Positions 17,109 through 30,730 of a stretch of DNA of 49,854 bases are shown piece after piece. The notes under the pieces are model-generated. The model was not told the DNA's origin. It made no database searches and worked only from the letters and a program-made list of their open reading frames with translations. Made by a program: the position numbers and the translations under genes. This DNA is from a virus (taxonomy: Duplodnaviria; Heunggongvirae; Uroviricota; Caudoviricetes), in the IMG/VR virus record IMGVR_UViG_2529293239_000010; one strand, 5' to 3'. Each line of letters begins with the position of its first letter. Within the stretch, counting starts at the first letter, position 1.

Positions 17109-18962
17109 ATGGCATTTAAACACTATGACGTGGTCAGGGCGGCATCGCCGTCAGACCTTGCGAAACAACTGACACAAAAACTGAAGGAGGGCTGGCAGCC
17201 GTTTGGTAGTCCGGTGGCCATAACCCCTTATACCCTGATGCAGGCGATTGCAGCAGAAGGTGATGTGGTCGTCAGTGGTGCAACTGAGCCGGAGTGGTAC
17301 TACGTCATCGTACTGGCCGGGCAATCCAATGCCATGGCTTACGGTGAAGGGCTTCCGCTTCCGGATTCATACGATGCGCCCCATCCGCGCATTAAGCAAC
17401 TGGCCCGTCGTAACACAGTGACTCCCGGTGGTGAAGTATGCGTATTTAACGACATCATTCCTGCTGACCATTGTCTGCATGATGTTCAGGATATGAGTAC
17501 GATTAACCATCCCCGGGCTGACCTGAGCAAAGGGCAGTACGGCTGTGTCGGACAGGGCTTACATATTGCCAAAAAACTGCTTCCGTATATCCCTAATAAT
17601 GCGGGGATCCTGCTGGTACCATGCTGTCGTGGTGGTTCGGCATTCACCCAGGGCACGGAGGGGACATTCAGCGAGTCCACGGGAGCCAGTCAGGATTCGG
17701 CTCGCTGGGGAGTGGGTAAGCCGTTATATCAGGATCTGCTTTTCCGCACGAAGGCAGCATTGCAGAAAAACCCGAAAAACGTTTTGCTGGCGATATGCTG
17801 GATGCAGGGGGAATTCGATATGACGAATGCCAGTTACGCCCAGCAGCCAGCAGCATTTCTTGCAATGGTACAGCAGTTCCGTGCTGACCTTGCCGGGCTG
17901 GCAGCGCAGTGTCACGGTGGAAGTCCGGCATCAGTCCCCTGGATTTGTGGCGACACGACATACGCGTGGAAACAAGAACACGGTACGCAATATGAAGTGG
18001 TATATGGTGCATATAAAGGTAAAGAATCCCAGCAGATTTATTTTGTTCCCTTTATGACCGATGGTAGCGGAGTTAATACACCGACAAACAACCCGTCAGA
18101 AGATCCTGATATTGCCGGGTCTGGTTATTACGGTTCGGCATCCCGAACGAACAAAAACTGGGTATCATCAAATCGCCCGACGCATTTCAGCTCATGGGCG
18201 CGTCGTGGCATTATTCCCGATCGTATGGCAACTGCTATTCTGAACGTAGCCGGTCGCACCTTAGCCTTCATTAGTGGTAAGGCACCGGAAATCAAACCCT
18301 CGCCCGGCGGCGACACGCCATCGGGGCCGTCTGAAGATGCATCCGTACGCACAATCTCCCTGTTGCCGACAGCCGGAGATGCTGCTGCGCAGGGCTGGAG
18401 CATTAAGAATGGCGGAATTCAGTTGTCAGATGGTGTATTTAAGATCACCAAGCAGAGCAATAAAGCCTGGTCCCTGACGCGCCCGGTGGATGACGCAGTC
18501 TCCCTGCTGACACGGGGTGGCAGACTGAGCTGTAAGTTTCGACTGTCAGGCGCACTGACCAACAACCAGTTCGGTCTGGGAATTTATCTGTATACCGATG
18601 TAGCGTTACCTGACGTCGTGGCGATGACCGGGACTGGTAACCCGTTCCTGATGTCGTTCTTCACCCAGACCACAGACGGCAAACTGAATCTGATGCATCA
18701 CAAGAAAGCCGGAAACACAAAGTTGGGCGAGTTCGGGAATTACAGTAACGACTGGCAGACGCTGGAGCTGGTGTTCACCGCCGGCAGTGCCACGGTTACT
18801 CCGAAACTGAATGGAGTGGCTGGCCCGGCATTCCAGGTCATAAAAGACAGTCTGACAGTGGGACTAAATGCACTGACGCTGACGGATATTACCAAAAATG
18901 CAACGTATGGCGTTGAGATAGAAAGTCTGGTGCTGGAGATAAATGCACCGGCATCATCATAA
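17109..18962 (+). CDS. NanS-p-like sialate O-acetylesterase (SGNH/DUF303 hydrolase)
   Basis: 617-aa ORF with [14 protein letters not shown]-hydrolase motif after an N-terminal domain; strong Shine-Dalgarno GGGAGGA; occupies the position downstream of the tRNA cluster as in Stx-type phages. Confidence 0.7.
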   Translation: MAFKHYDVVRAASPSDLAKQLTQKLKEGWQPFGSPVAITPYTLMQAIAAEGDVVVSGATEPEWYYVIVLAGQSNAMAYGEGLPLPDSYDAPHPRIKQLARRNTVTPGGEVCVFNDIIPADHCLHDVQDMSTINHPRADLSKGQYGCVGQGLHIAKKLLPYIPNNAGILLVPCCRGGSAFTQGTEGTFSESTGASQDSARWGVGKPLYQDLLFRTKAALQKNPKNVLLAICWMQGEFDMTNASYAQQPAAFLAMVQQFRADLAGLAAQCHGGSPASVPWICGDTTYAWKQEHGTQYEVVYGAYKGKESQQIYFVPFMTDGSGVNTPTNNPSEDPDIAGSGYYGSASRTNKNWVSSNRPTHFSSWARRGIIPDRMATAILNVAGRTLAFISGKAPEIKPSPGGDTPSGPSEDASVRTISLLPTAGDAAAQGWSIKNGGIQLSDGVFKITKQSNKAWSLTRPVDDAVSLLTRGGRLSCKFRLSGALTNNQFGLGIYLYTDVALPDVVAMTGTGNPFLMSFFTQTTDGKLNLMHHKKAGNTKLGEFGNYSNDWQTLELVFTAGSATVTPKLNGVAGPAFQVIKDSLTVGLNALTLTDITKNATYGVEIESLVLEINAPASS

Positions 18963-19111
18963 AAAGTGAGCCAGTCAAATGGAAGGTATCGTTAAACTCA
19001 CCGGTAGTGTCAGTGGGTCGTCTGAGACGCCTGCATGAGTTATCAGAGCCATCAGTACTTAACTGGTGGCTTTTTTATTGTTGTCAGCTTCCGGATAACG
19101 GGAGACGGGGT

Positions 19112-19327
19112 ATGTACCAGATGGAAAAAATCACAACAGGTGTGTCATACACCACGTCAGCGGTGGGAACGGGCTACTGGTTCCTGCAGTTGCTGGACAG
19201 GGTTTCCCCGTCTCAGTGGGCGGCAATAGGCGTGCTGGGGAGTCTGCTGTTTGGGCTGCTGACATATCTGACTAACCTGTATTTCAAAATCAGAGAGGAC
19301 CGTCGTAAGGCTGCACGGGGAGAGTAA
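19112..19327 (+). CDS. Holin with dual-start motif
   Basis: 71-aa product [10 protein letters not shown]... with two hydrophobic segments and charged C-terminus; Met1 and Met4 give a lambda-S-like dual start; directly upstream of the lysis genes. Confidence 0.75.
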   Translation: MYQMEKITTGVSYTTSAVGTGYWFLQLLDRVSPSQWAAIGVLGSLLFGLLTYLTNLYFKIREDRRKAARGE

Positions 19328-19331
19328 TTCA

Positions 19332-19682
19332 ATGACTCAAAACTATAAACTGATTGTGAAAGGGATCCGCAATTTTGAGAATAAAGTTACGGTAACTTTA
19401 GCGTTACGGGACAAAAAACGCTTTGACGGTGAAATTTTTGACCTGGACATCTCGCTGGACCGTGTTGAAGGTGCCGCGCTGGAGTTTTATGAGGCAGCAG
19501 CCAGAAGGAGCATCAGACAGGTCTTCCTGGATGTTGCTGCCGGGTTATGTGAAGGGGATGAGCAGTCGCCGGAAAAGCGCCCCGTAATTTTAGAGGCGCA
19601 GAATGTATGGATAACCTACAAAGGAAAGCTACCGGGAAGAATTACTGGTTCTCTGAAGACTCCTCCGGAATCACAACCTTAA
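19332..19682 (+). CDS. Hypothetical protein between holin and endolysin
   Basis: 116-aa ORF tightly packed between holin and endolysin on the same strand; no recognisable motif. Confidence 0.5.
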   Translation: MTQNYKLIVKGIRNFENKVTVTLALRDKKRFDGEIFDLDISLDRVEGAALEFYEAAARRSIRQVFLDVAAGLCEGDEQSPEKRPVILEAQNVWITYKGKLPGRITGSLKTPPESQP

Positions 19683-19745
19683 GTCACTGACCGGAACAGA
19701 TAAACCTGTCCGTGGGCAGAAACCGATAAATCCTGATAAATATCC

Positions 19746-20279
19746 ATGAACGCAAAAATCAGATACGGCCTGTCGGCTGCCGTTCTGGCGCTGATTGCCG
19801 CTGGTGCGCCTGCGCCTGACATTCTCGACCAGTTTCTGGATGAAAAGGAAGGTAACCACACCACGGCATACCGTGATGGCGCGGGTATCTGGACCATCTG
19901 CCGCGGTGCCATCCTGGTGGATGGCAAACCTGTCGTTCCGGGCATGAAGTTGTCGAAGGAAAAATGCGACCGGGTTAACGCCATTGAGCGTGATAAGGCG
20001 CTGGCATGGGTGGAGAAAAACATCAGAGTGCCATTGAGTGAACCCCAGAAAGCGGGGATCGCGTCATTCTGTCCGTACAACATTGGCCCCGGTAAGTGTT
20101 TTCCGTCGACGTTTTATAAACGAATTAATGCAGGTGATCGCAGGGGAGCGTGTGAGGCGATTCGCTGGTGGATTAAGGACGGTGGCAGAGACTGCCGTAT
20201 TCGCTCAAACAACTGTTACGGTCAGGTATCCCGTCGCGACCAGGAGAGTGCGCTGGCGTGCTGGGGAATTGACAGATAA
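19746..20279 (+). CDS. SAR endolysin (phage lysozyme, T4-lysozyme-like fold)
   Basis: N-terminal hydrophobic signal-arrest-release segment LSAAVLALIAAGAPA followed by lysozyme catalytic region E...D...T (EGNHTTAYRDGAGIWTICRG). Confidence 0.85.
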   Translation: MNAKIRYGLSAAVLALIAAGAPAPDILDQFLDEKEGNHTTAYRDGAGIWTICRGAILVDGKPVVPGMKLSKEKCDRVNAIERDKALAWVEKNIRVPLSEPQKAGIASFCPYNIGPGKCFPSTFYKRINAGDRRGACEAIRWWIKDGGRDCRIRSNNCYGQVSRRDQESALACWGIDR

Positions 20280-20370
20280 GCAGAATATTTTGCTGAAAAA
20301 TGCGGTTTGCTCACACGGACGGATAACACGAAATCCTGCGAACTGACAAAAACTAAGAGAATAAAAGTAA

Positions 20371-20404
20371 AAACCCCGTTTGTTGGCTGCAAGCGGGGTT
20401 TTGT
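20371..20404 (+). terminator. Hairpin terminator after the endolysin
   Basis: AAACCCCG...CGGGGTTT inverted repeat followed by a T-rich tract. Confidence 0.45.
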
Positions 20405-20477
20405 GTTTCCTGACTCCGGAAAAGTCAAAGGAGAAAGTGTGTTTGATTTTAGCAAACTGATTCGGGAGATTCGAGTG

Positions 20478-20576
20478 ATGGCTGAAAAATTATCCACCTG
20501 GAAGTTCATTCTTATCTGGCTGGTGTTTGTGATTATGGCCTCCGGTTATTTCATCGGTCAGATACGCTGGTGGTGA
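20478..20576 (+). CDS. Very small single-pass membrane protein (32 aa) upstream of Rz
   Basis: MAEKLSTWKFILIWLVFVIMASGYFIGQIRWW is one transmembrane helix; GGGAG about 10 nt upstream; stop is 1 nt before the Rz ATG. An alternative GTG start lies at 20449. Confidence 0.3.
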   Translation: MAEKLSTWKFILIWLVFVIMASGYFIGQIRWW

Positions 20577-20577
20577 A

Positions 20578-21015
20578 ATGAACCGCGTACTGTGCGTGGT
20601 CATCATTGCCCTGCTGGTGGCCTGTGGTGCGCTTAGTCTGGGGCTGAATCATTACCGTGATAACGCCATAACCTACAAAGAGCAGCGCGATAAAGCCACA
20701 TCCACAATCGCTGATATGCAGAAGCGTCAACGTGACGTAGCAGAACTCGATGCCAGATATACAAAGGAGCTTGCTGATGCTAACGCGACTATCGAAAGCC
20801 TCCGTGCTGATGTTTCTGCTGGGCGTAAGCGCCTGCAAGTCGCCGCTACCTGTGCAAAGTCAACGACCGGAGCCAGCGGCATGGGCAATGGAGAAAGCCC
20901 AAGACTTACAGCAGATGCTGAACTCAATTATTACCGTCTCCGAAGTGGAATCGACAAGATAACCGCGCAGGTCAACTACCTGCAGGAGTACATCAGGACG
21001 CAGTGCTTAAAATAA
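20578..21015 (+). CDS. Rz: Rz i-spanin
   Basis: 145-aa ORF with N-terminal transmembrane anchor and coiled-coil-like periplasmic domain; contains an embedded +1-frame lipoprotein gene. Confidence 0.8.
   Translation: MNRVLCVVIIALLVACGALSLGLNHYRDNAITYKEQRDKATSTIADMQKRQRDVAELDARYTKELADANATIESLRADVSAGRKRLQVAATCAKSTTGASGMGNGESPRLTADAELNYYRLRSGIDKITAQVNYLQEYIRTQCLK
20777..20962 (+). CDS. Rz1: Rz1 o-spanin lipoprotein, embedded in Rz in the +1 frame
   Basis: AAGGAG Shine-Dalgarno 7 nt upstream of ATG 20777; signal peptide with lipobox LLGVSAC; proline-rich mature part. Confidence 0.7.
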   Translation: MLTRLSKASVLMFLLGVSACKSPLPVQSQRPEPAAWAMEKAQDLQQMLNSIITVSEVESTR

Positions 21016-21052
21016 TTTTAATTTCACTGAAATTTAATACGTGACTTTCAGG

Positions 21053-21081
21053 AAAATGCCTCGCAGATGCGGGGCATTTTT
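21053..21081 (+). terminator. Hairpin terminator after the lysis cassette
   Basis: ATGCCTCGC...GCGGGGCAT stem followed by TTTTT. Confidence 0.45.
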
Positions 21082-21405
21082 GTACAGGTATTTCACCGCG
21101 CACCGCAGTGCACTCAACCACGTCGAACCAAACCCTTTGGAATGAGCCTTTGAGTAGTCAGTTAGTGCTGGTGAGCCTTGACGGGCTGATCTCCTATGCA
21201 GCAAAGGTTCATCTCAAAGTAAGGCGAACGCTATGACAAACCAAGATTCTATAGACCTATCTGATCTTCGTGGAATGGTCAGTTTTCCAGACAAAAGGTA
21301 ATCACCATAGTCGTATGGCTATGAATCTTGTTGCTGCAGATAAGCATTTTGTGAACCGCCCCGGGAATCCTGGAGACTAAACTCCCTGAGAAAGAGGTAA
21401 ACAGG

Positions 21406-21732
21406 ATGACTAAAAATACTCGTTTTTCCCCCGAAGTCCGTCAGAGGGCGATTCGTATGGTTCTGGAAAGTCAGGGCGAATATGACTCACAGTGGGCGGC
21501 AATTTGTTCCATTGCCCCAAAGATTGGCTGTACACCGGAGACTCTGCGTGTCTGGGTACGCCAGCATGAGCGGGATACCGGAGGCGGTGATGGCGGGCTC
21601 ACCACCGCTGAACGTCAGCGTCTGAAAGAGCTGGAACGTGAAAATCGTGAACTGCGCCGCAGTAACGATATCCTTCGCCAGGCTTCCGCTTATTTTGCGA
21701 AGGCGGAGTTCGACCGCCTCTGGAAAAAGTGA
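21406..21732 (+). CDS. IS629 transposase OrfA (HTH)
   Basis: 108-aa [24 protein letters not shown]... with leucine-zipper-like C-terminus, typical IS3-family OrfA. Confidence 0.85.
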   Translation: MTKNTRFSPEVRQRAIRMVLESQGEYDSQWAAICSIAPKIGCTPETLRVWVRQHERDTGGGDGGLTTAERQRLKELERENRELRRSNDILRQASAYFAKAEFDRLWKK

Positions 21733-22619
21733 TGCCACTGCTGGATAAGCTGCGTAAGCTGTACGGGGTCGGACCGGTATGCAGTGAACTACATATTGCC
21801 CCGTCAACGTATTACCACTGTCAGCAACAGCGACATCATCCTGATAAACGCAGTGCCCGTGCGCAGCGCGATGACTGGCTGAAGAAAGAGATACTGCGCG
21901 TATACGATGGGAATCATCAGGTATACGGTGTGCGTAAAGTCTGGCGTCAGTTGTTACGGGAAGGTATCAGAGTGGCCAGATGCACTGTGGCACGTCTCAT
22001 GGCGGTTATGGGACTTGCCGGTGTTCTCCGGGGTAAAAAGGTCCGTACGACCATCAGCCGGAAAGCCGTTGCCGCAGGCGACCGCGTAAACCGTCAGTTC
22101 GTGGCAGAACGACCTGACCAGCTGTGGGTGGCTGATTTTACTTACGTCAGCACATGGCAGGGCTTCGTCTATGTGGCGTTCATTATTGATGTGTTTGCCG
22201 GATACATCGTGGGGTGGCGGGTCTCATCGTCCATGGAAACGACATTCGTGCTGGATGCTCTGGAGCAGGCGTTATGGGCCCGTCGACCGTCCGGCACGGT
22301 CCATCACAGTGATAAAGGTTCTCAGTATGTATCGCTGGCCTACACACAGCGGCTTAAGGAAGCCGGATTACTGGCATCAACAGGAAGTACAGGCGACTCG
22401 TATGACAACGCGATGGCGGAGAGCATCAATGGTCTTTACAAAGCGGAGGTAATACACCGTAAGAGCTGGAAAAACCGTGCAGAAGTGGAACTGGCCACAC
22501 TCACGTGGGTGGACTGGTATAATAATCGACGATTGCTGGAAAGGCTGGGCCACATCCCTCCGGCAGAAGCAGAAAAAGCTTATTATGCTTCCATCGGAAA
22601 CGATGATCTGGCAGCCTGA
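21729..22619 (+). CDS. IS629 transposase OrfB (DDE catalytic domain), normally made as an OrfAB fusion by -1 frameshift
   Basis: 296-aa ORF overlapping orfA in the -1 frame; DDE integrase-core region (WVADFTYV..., HSDKGSQY..., [10 protein letters not shown]). Confidence 0.85.
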   Translation: MMPLLDKLRKLYGVGPVCSELHIAPSTYYHCQQQRHHPDKRSARAQRDDWLKKEILRVYDGNHQVYGVRKVWRQLLREGIRVARCTVARLMAVMGLAGVLRGKKVRTTISRKAVAAGDRVNRQFVAERPDQLWVADFTYVSTWQGFVYVAFIIDVFAGYIVGWRVSSSMETTFVLDALEQALWARRPSGTVHHSDKGSQYVSLAYTQRLKEAGLLASTGSTGDSYDNAMAESINGLYKAEVIHRKSWKNRAEVELATLTWVDWYNNRRLLERLGHIPPAEAEKAYYASIGNDDLAA

Positions 22620-22744
22620 GTTCACAGATAAAACACTCTCCAGGAAACCCGGGGCGGTTCATTGTGATTGAAGTGGTCAAATCTCTCAAATGCAGTAAAA
22701 TGCAGTGCGCTATAATTCAATAACGGAGGGAGTAAGGAGAAGTC

Positions 22745-23365
22745 ATGAAAGATCAAGATGTTAGGTTCGCGGTGCATCATAAGCTTTTGAAAGAATCGCA
22801 TTTAGATCCAGACTGCCTTGTGGTCGATGAATTTTCCATATCCCTTGGCGCCAGTAGAGCAGACATTGCTGTAATAAATGGTGTTATACACGGGTACGAG
22901 CTCAAAAGTGAATATGACTCTTTGGAGCGTTTGCCTCTTCAAATCAAGCATTATTCTTCTGTAATGGACAAGGTTACTCTTGTCGTAGCTGAGAAACATC
23001 TTGAGGGAGCATTAAAGTTAATCCCAGGTTGGTGGGGCGTTAAAACGGTTTCTGTTGGGCCAAAAGGCGCCATTCTTATAAAGCACATGCGTGGAGAAAA
23101 GCTTAATCGAAACCATGACACATTGATGCTCGCTCAATTGCTTTGGAAAGATGAATGTATCGACGTACTTGAACGATGGGGCTATTCCAAAGGAATCAAA
23201 AGCAAGCCCCGATTTGAGTTATGGAATATTATTGCGGAAAATATTCCAATAGCGAATCTCAGGCTTGAAGTCAGAACAGCCTTAAAGAAACGCGTAGGCT
23301 GGAAAGTTAAGGCTTGGCAGGCTGAGTCTGCGCCAACCAATAAAGCTGTCTCACGACTAACGTAA
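22745..23365 (+). CDS. Cargo protein A (206 aa), unknown function, with PD-(D/E)xK-like nuclease motif
   Basis: Strong Shine-Dalgarno GGAGGGAGTAAGGAG and TATAAT box upstream; motif VVDEF...RADIAVINGVIHGYELKSE fits a restriction-endonuclease-like D...ExK core; AT-rich relative to flanking phage DNA. Confidence 0.6.
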   Translation: MKDQDVRFAVHHKLLKESHLDPDCLVVDEFSISLGASRADIAVINGVIHGYELKSEYDSLERLPLQIKHYSSVMDKVTLVVAEKHLEGALKLIPGWWGVKTVSVGPKGAILIKHMRGEKLNRNHDTLMLAQLLWKDECIDVLERWGYSKGIKSKPRFELWNIIAENIPIANLRLEVRTALKKRVGWKVKAWQAESAPTNKAVSRLT

Positions 23366-24374
23366 TATGGTGCGTATGTGCAACTTTACGCCATTCTTTA
23401 GAGCCGCCAGATTTGTTAGCGCCTAATGATCTTTGGTAAATGTAATCATCCCCCCAACTAAATTTGGAACCAAAGACTTGATACTCTGGCGAACTAACAA
23501 GGGTAGTACATAAGTTTTTAGTTTGGCCCCATCCATTTCCTTTAACTGCGGTACCTTTTACAAAGATCCATGAGGTATCGTTCGAATATCTCACTGAGAC
23601 ATACTGAGACATGAAGCGTGGGTCTACGCTCGTAATGGTAGAGCTAGCGGTGGGATAATCACTAAAACTTGGCGTTCTTCCATTGCTAAAATTCTGTACT
23701 ACGTACATCCAAAGATCGTATTCATGGCGCGGAATATGATGAACTTGATGTTGCGGTATCCCTGCCTGTGATGCTGGGTATGCGGTTGAAGATAAAATCA
23801 AGTTTCTCCACGGAGCTTGGCCTGATAATGTGTTGACCATGCTTAATGCTTGTTGTTTTAAACTATCAGTTGCGTTTTGAATATCTCCAAAATCAATGAT
23901 TACATCAATTAAACTAGGATGAATATTTAAGTGGTTAACCAGACTTGTGAATTGGTGCCATGTCTGGGGGGTGATAGATATAGCGAGCCCATTGATTAAG
24001 TTGCGTTGAACAGCATGTATATAGTTTGTTGAATATGCGGGAGAAACAACAGGGATAATTTCCTTACCATTTACTCTAGCATCTTGGATACACATATCTA
24101 GAGGATGATGGCGGCTCGAACCATGTTTATCTAAATATTTAACATCCAGCAAAACAGGACGATTGGCTTTCCAGGATGCCGCAAGGTTAATACCGAAGTC
24201 AGATAAGTAAGAACTCAAACTCTTCTTGTAGCATTCGTTTTCATAATCCCAGTCTATGTCTGGAATGGTAATGATCGGAGTAAAACCAGAGAGCGTAGTT
24301 TGATCTAAAAGCATCAGAGATTCATATTCAGCAGGCTTCCATTTCAGCTGTGGATAATATTGATGTTGACTCAT
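23307..24374 (-). CDS. Cargo protein B (355 aa), unknown function, convergent partner of cargo protein A
   Basis: AAGGAG Shine-Dalgarno upstream of the ATG at 24374; 3' end overlaps that of gene A by 59 bp; AT-rich; no motif I can assign. Confidence 0.6.
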   Translation of the reverse strand: MSQHQYYPQLKWKPAEYESLMLLDQTTLSGFTPIITIPDIDWDYENECYKKSLSSYLSDFGINLAASWKANRPVLLDVKYLDKHGSSRHHPLDMCIQDARVNGKEIIPVVSPAYSTNYIHAVQRNLINGLAISITPQTWHQFTSLVNHLNIHPSLIDVIIDFGDIQNATDSLKQQALSMVNTLSGQAPWRNLILSSTAYPASQAGIPQHQVHHIPRHEYDLWMYVVQNFSNGRTPSFSDYPTASSTITSVDPRFMSQYVSVRYSNDTSWIFVKGTAVKGNGWGQTKNLCTTLVSSPEYQVFGSKFSWGDDYIYQRSLGANKSGGSKEWRKVAHTHHITLVVRQLYWLAQTQPAKP

Positions 24375-24597
24375 TAAAACTCCTTAAAATCTTTACTTAT
24401 CCTAAGTATAGTGTTATGGCGTAACGCCAATTGTTTTTATACACTTGAAAACATTGGGAAAAGTTGAGCTATATCTAAATTTACAAAATTGGATGTTATA
24501 GAAATCGAGGTTTCAACTAGGCATGGAACTGCAAAATTTTTAATGCCTGCACGCGAAAGTCGTTGGCGGGTCCTTTCCGGTGATCCAGACCGTTACG

Positions 24598-24609
24598 GGG
24601 CGGCGACCT
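24598..24609. other. cosN cohesive-end site (GGGCGGCGACCT), lambda type
   Basis: Exact lambda 12-nt cohesive end sequence followed by lambda-like cosB and the Nu1 gene about 190 bp downstream. Confidence 0.85.
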
Positions 24610-24786
24610 CGCGGGTTTTCGCTATTTATGAAAATTTTCCGGTTTAAGGCGTTTCCGTTCTTCTTCGTCGTAACTTAATGTTTTTATTTAAAATACCCCC
24701 TGAAAAGAAAGGAAACGACAGGTGCTGAAAACGAACTTTTGGGCCTTTGTCGTTTCCTTTCTCTGTTTTTGGCCGTGGAATGAACA

Positions 24787-25306
24787 ATGGAAGTCAACAA
24801 AAAGCAGCTGGCTGACATTTTCGGTGCGAGTATCCGTACCATTCAGAACTGGCAGGAACAGGGAATGCCCGTTCTGCGAGGCGGTGGCAAGGGTAATGAG
24901 GTGCTTTATGACTCTGCCGCCGTTATAAAATGGTATGCCGAAAGGGATGCTGAAATTGAGAACGAAAAGCTGCGCCGGGAGGTTGAAGAACTGCGCCAGG
25001 CCAGCGAGGCAGATCTCCAGCCAGGGACTATTGAGTACGAACGCCATCGACTTACGCGTGCGCAGGCCGACGCACAGGAACTGAAGAATGCCAGAGACTC
25101 AGCTGAAGTGGTGGAAACCGCATTCTGTACTTTCGTGCTGTCGCGGATCGCAGGTGAAATTGCCAGTATTCTCGACGGGATCCCCCTGTCGGTGCAGCGG
25201 CGTTTTCCGGAACTGGAAAACCGACATGTTGATTTCCTGAAACGGGATATCATCAAAGCCATGAACAAAGCAGCCGCGCTGGATGAACTGATACCGGGGT
25301 TGCTGA

Positions 25307-25332
<26 letters not shown>
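24787..25332 (+). CDS. nu1: Terminase small subunit Nu1
   Basis: 181-aa product MEVNKKQLADIFGASIRTIQNWQEQGMPVLRGGGKGNEVLYD... is recognisably lambda gpNu1. Confidence 0.95.
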
Positions 25333-29013
<3,681 letters not shown>

Positions 29014-29033
<20 letters not shown>

Positions 29034-30333
29034 TCTCCCGCATATTGCCAGCATGGCCTTTAATGAGCCGCTGATGCTTGAACCCGCCTATGCGCGGGTT
29101 TTCTTTTGTGCGCTTGCAGGCCAGCTTGGGATCAGCCGCCTGACGGATGCGGTGTCCGGCGACAGCCTGACTGCCCAGGAGGCACTCGCGACGCTGGCAT
29201 TATCCGGTGATGATGACGGACCACGACAGGCCCGCAGTTATCAGGTCATGAACGGCATCGCCGTGCTGCCGGTGTCCGGCACGCTGGTCAGCCGGACGCG
29301 GGCGCTGCAGCCGTACTCGGGGATGACCGGTTACAACGGCATTATCGCCCGTCTGCAACAGGCTGCCAGCGATCCGATGGTGGACGGCATTCTGCTCGAT
29401 ATGGACACGCCCGGCGGGATGGTGGCGGGGGCATTTGACTGCGCTGACATCATCGCCCGTGTGCGTGACATAAAACCGGTATGGGCGCTTGCCAACGACA
29501 TGAACTGCAGTGCAGGTCAGTTGCTTGCCAGTGCCGCCTCCCGGCGTCTGGTCACGCAGACCGCCCGGACAGGCTCCATCGGCGTCATGATGGCTCACAG
29601 TAATTACGGTGCTGCGCTGGAGAAACAGGGTGTGGAAATCACGCTGATTTACAGCGGCAGCCATAAGGTGGATGGCAACCCCTACAGCCATCTTCCGGAT
29701 GACGTCCGGGAGACACTGCAGTCCCGGATGGACGCAACCCGCCAGATGTTTGCGCAGAAGGTGTCGGCATATACCGGCCTGTCCGTGCAGGCTGTGCTGG
29801 ATACCGAGGCTGCAGTGTACAGCGGTCAGGAGGCCATTGATGCCGGACTGGCTGATGAACTTGTTAACAGCACCGATGCGATCACCGTCATGCGTGATGC
29901 ACTGGATGCACGTAAATCCCGTCTCTCAGGAGGGCGAATGACCAAAGAGACTCAATCAACAACTGTTTCAGCCACTGCTTCGCAGGCTGACGTTACTGAC
30001 GTGGTGCCAGCGACGGAGGGCGAGAACGCCAGCGCGGCGCAGCCGGACGTGAACGCGCAGATCACCGCAGCGGTTGCGGCAGAAAACAGCCGCATTATGG
30101 GGATCCTCAACTGTGAGGAGGCTCACGGACGCGAAGAACAGGCACGCGTGCTGGCAGAAACCCCCGGTATGACCGTGAAAACGGCCCGCCGCATTCTGGC
30201 CGCAGCACCACAGAGTGCACAGGCGCGCAGTGACACTGCGCTGGATCGTCTGATGCAGGGGGCACCGGCACCGCTGGCTGCAGGTAACCCGGCATCTGAT
30301 GCCGTTAACGATTTGCTGAACACACCAGTGTAA
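29014..30333 (+). CDS. C: Head maturation protease C (GTG start)
   Basis: GTG at 29014 after GAGGAGGAG; 439 aa as lambda gpC; begins VTAELRNLPHIASMAFNEP. Confidence 0.9.
29728..30333 (+). CDS. nu3: Scaffolding protein Nu3 (in-frame internal start within C)
   Basis: ATG at 29728 in the C frame gives a 201-aa product ending at the C stop, as in lambda. Confidence 0.75.
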   Translation: MDATRQMFAQKVSAYTGLSVQAVLDTEAAVYSGQEAIDAGLADELVNSTDAITVMRDALDARKSRLSGGRMTKETQSTTVSATASQADVTDVVPATEGENASAAQPDVNAQITAAVAAENSRIMGILNCEEAHGREEQARVLAETPGMTVKTARRILAAAPQSAQARSDTALDRLMQGAPAPLAAGNPASDAVNDLLNTPV

Positions 30334-30342
30334 GGGATGTTT

Positions 30343-30675
30343 ATGACGAGCAAAGAAACCTTTACCCATTACCAGCCGCAGGGCAACAGTGACCCGGCTC
30401 ATACCGCAACCGCGCCCGGCGGATTGAGTGCGAAAGCGCCTGCAATGACCCCGCTGATGCTGGACACCTCCAGCCGTAAGCTGGTTGCGTGGGATGGCAC
30501 CACCGACAGTGCTGCCGTTGGCATTCTTGCGGTTGCTGCTGACCAGACCAGCACCACGCTGACGTTCTACAAGTCCGGCACGTTCCGTTATGAGGATGTG
30601 CTCTGGCCGGAGGCTGCCAGCGACGAGACGAAAAAACGGACCGCGTTTGCCGGAACGGCAATCAGCATCGTTTAA
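30343..30675 (+). CDS. D: Head decoration protein D
   Basis: 110-aa product [41 protein letters not shown]... is lambda gpD. Confidence 0.95.
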   Translation: MTSKETFTHYQPQGNSDPAHTATAPGGLSAKAPAMTPLMLDTSSRKLVAWDGTTDSAAVGILAVAADQTSTTLTFYKSGTFRYEDVLWPEAASDETKKRTAFAGTAISIV

Positions 30676-30730
30676 CTTTACCCTTCATCACTAAAGGCCG
30701 CCTGTGCGGCTTTTTTTACGGGATTTTTTT

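Larger units (their letters stand above)
21352..22661 (+). mobile_element. IS629 (IS3 family) insertion sequence, 1310 bp, flanked by 3-bp target site duplication TTG
   Basis: Ends TGAACCGCCCCGGGAATCCTGGAGACTAAAC... and its imperfect inverse ...GGAAACCCGGGGCGGTTCA; TTG at 21349..21351 and 22662..22664; contains orfA and orfB. Confidence 0.9.
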
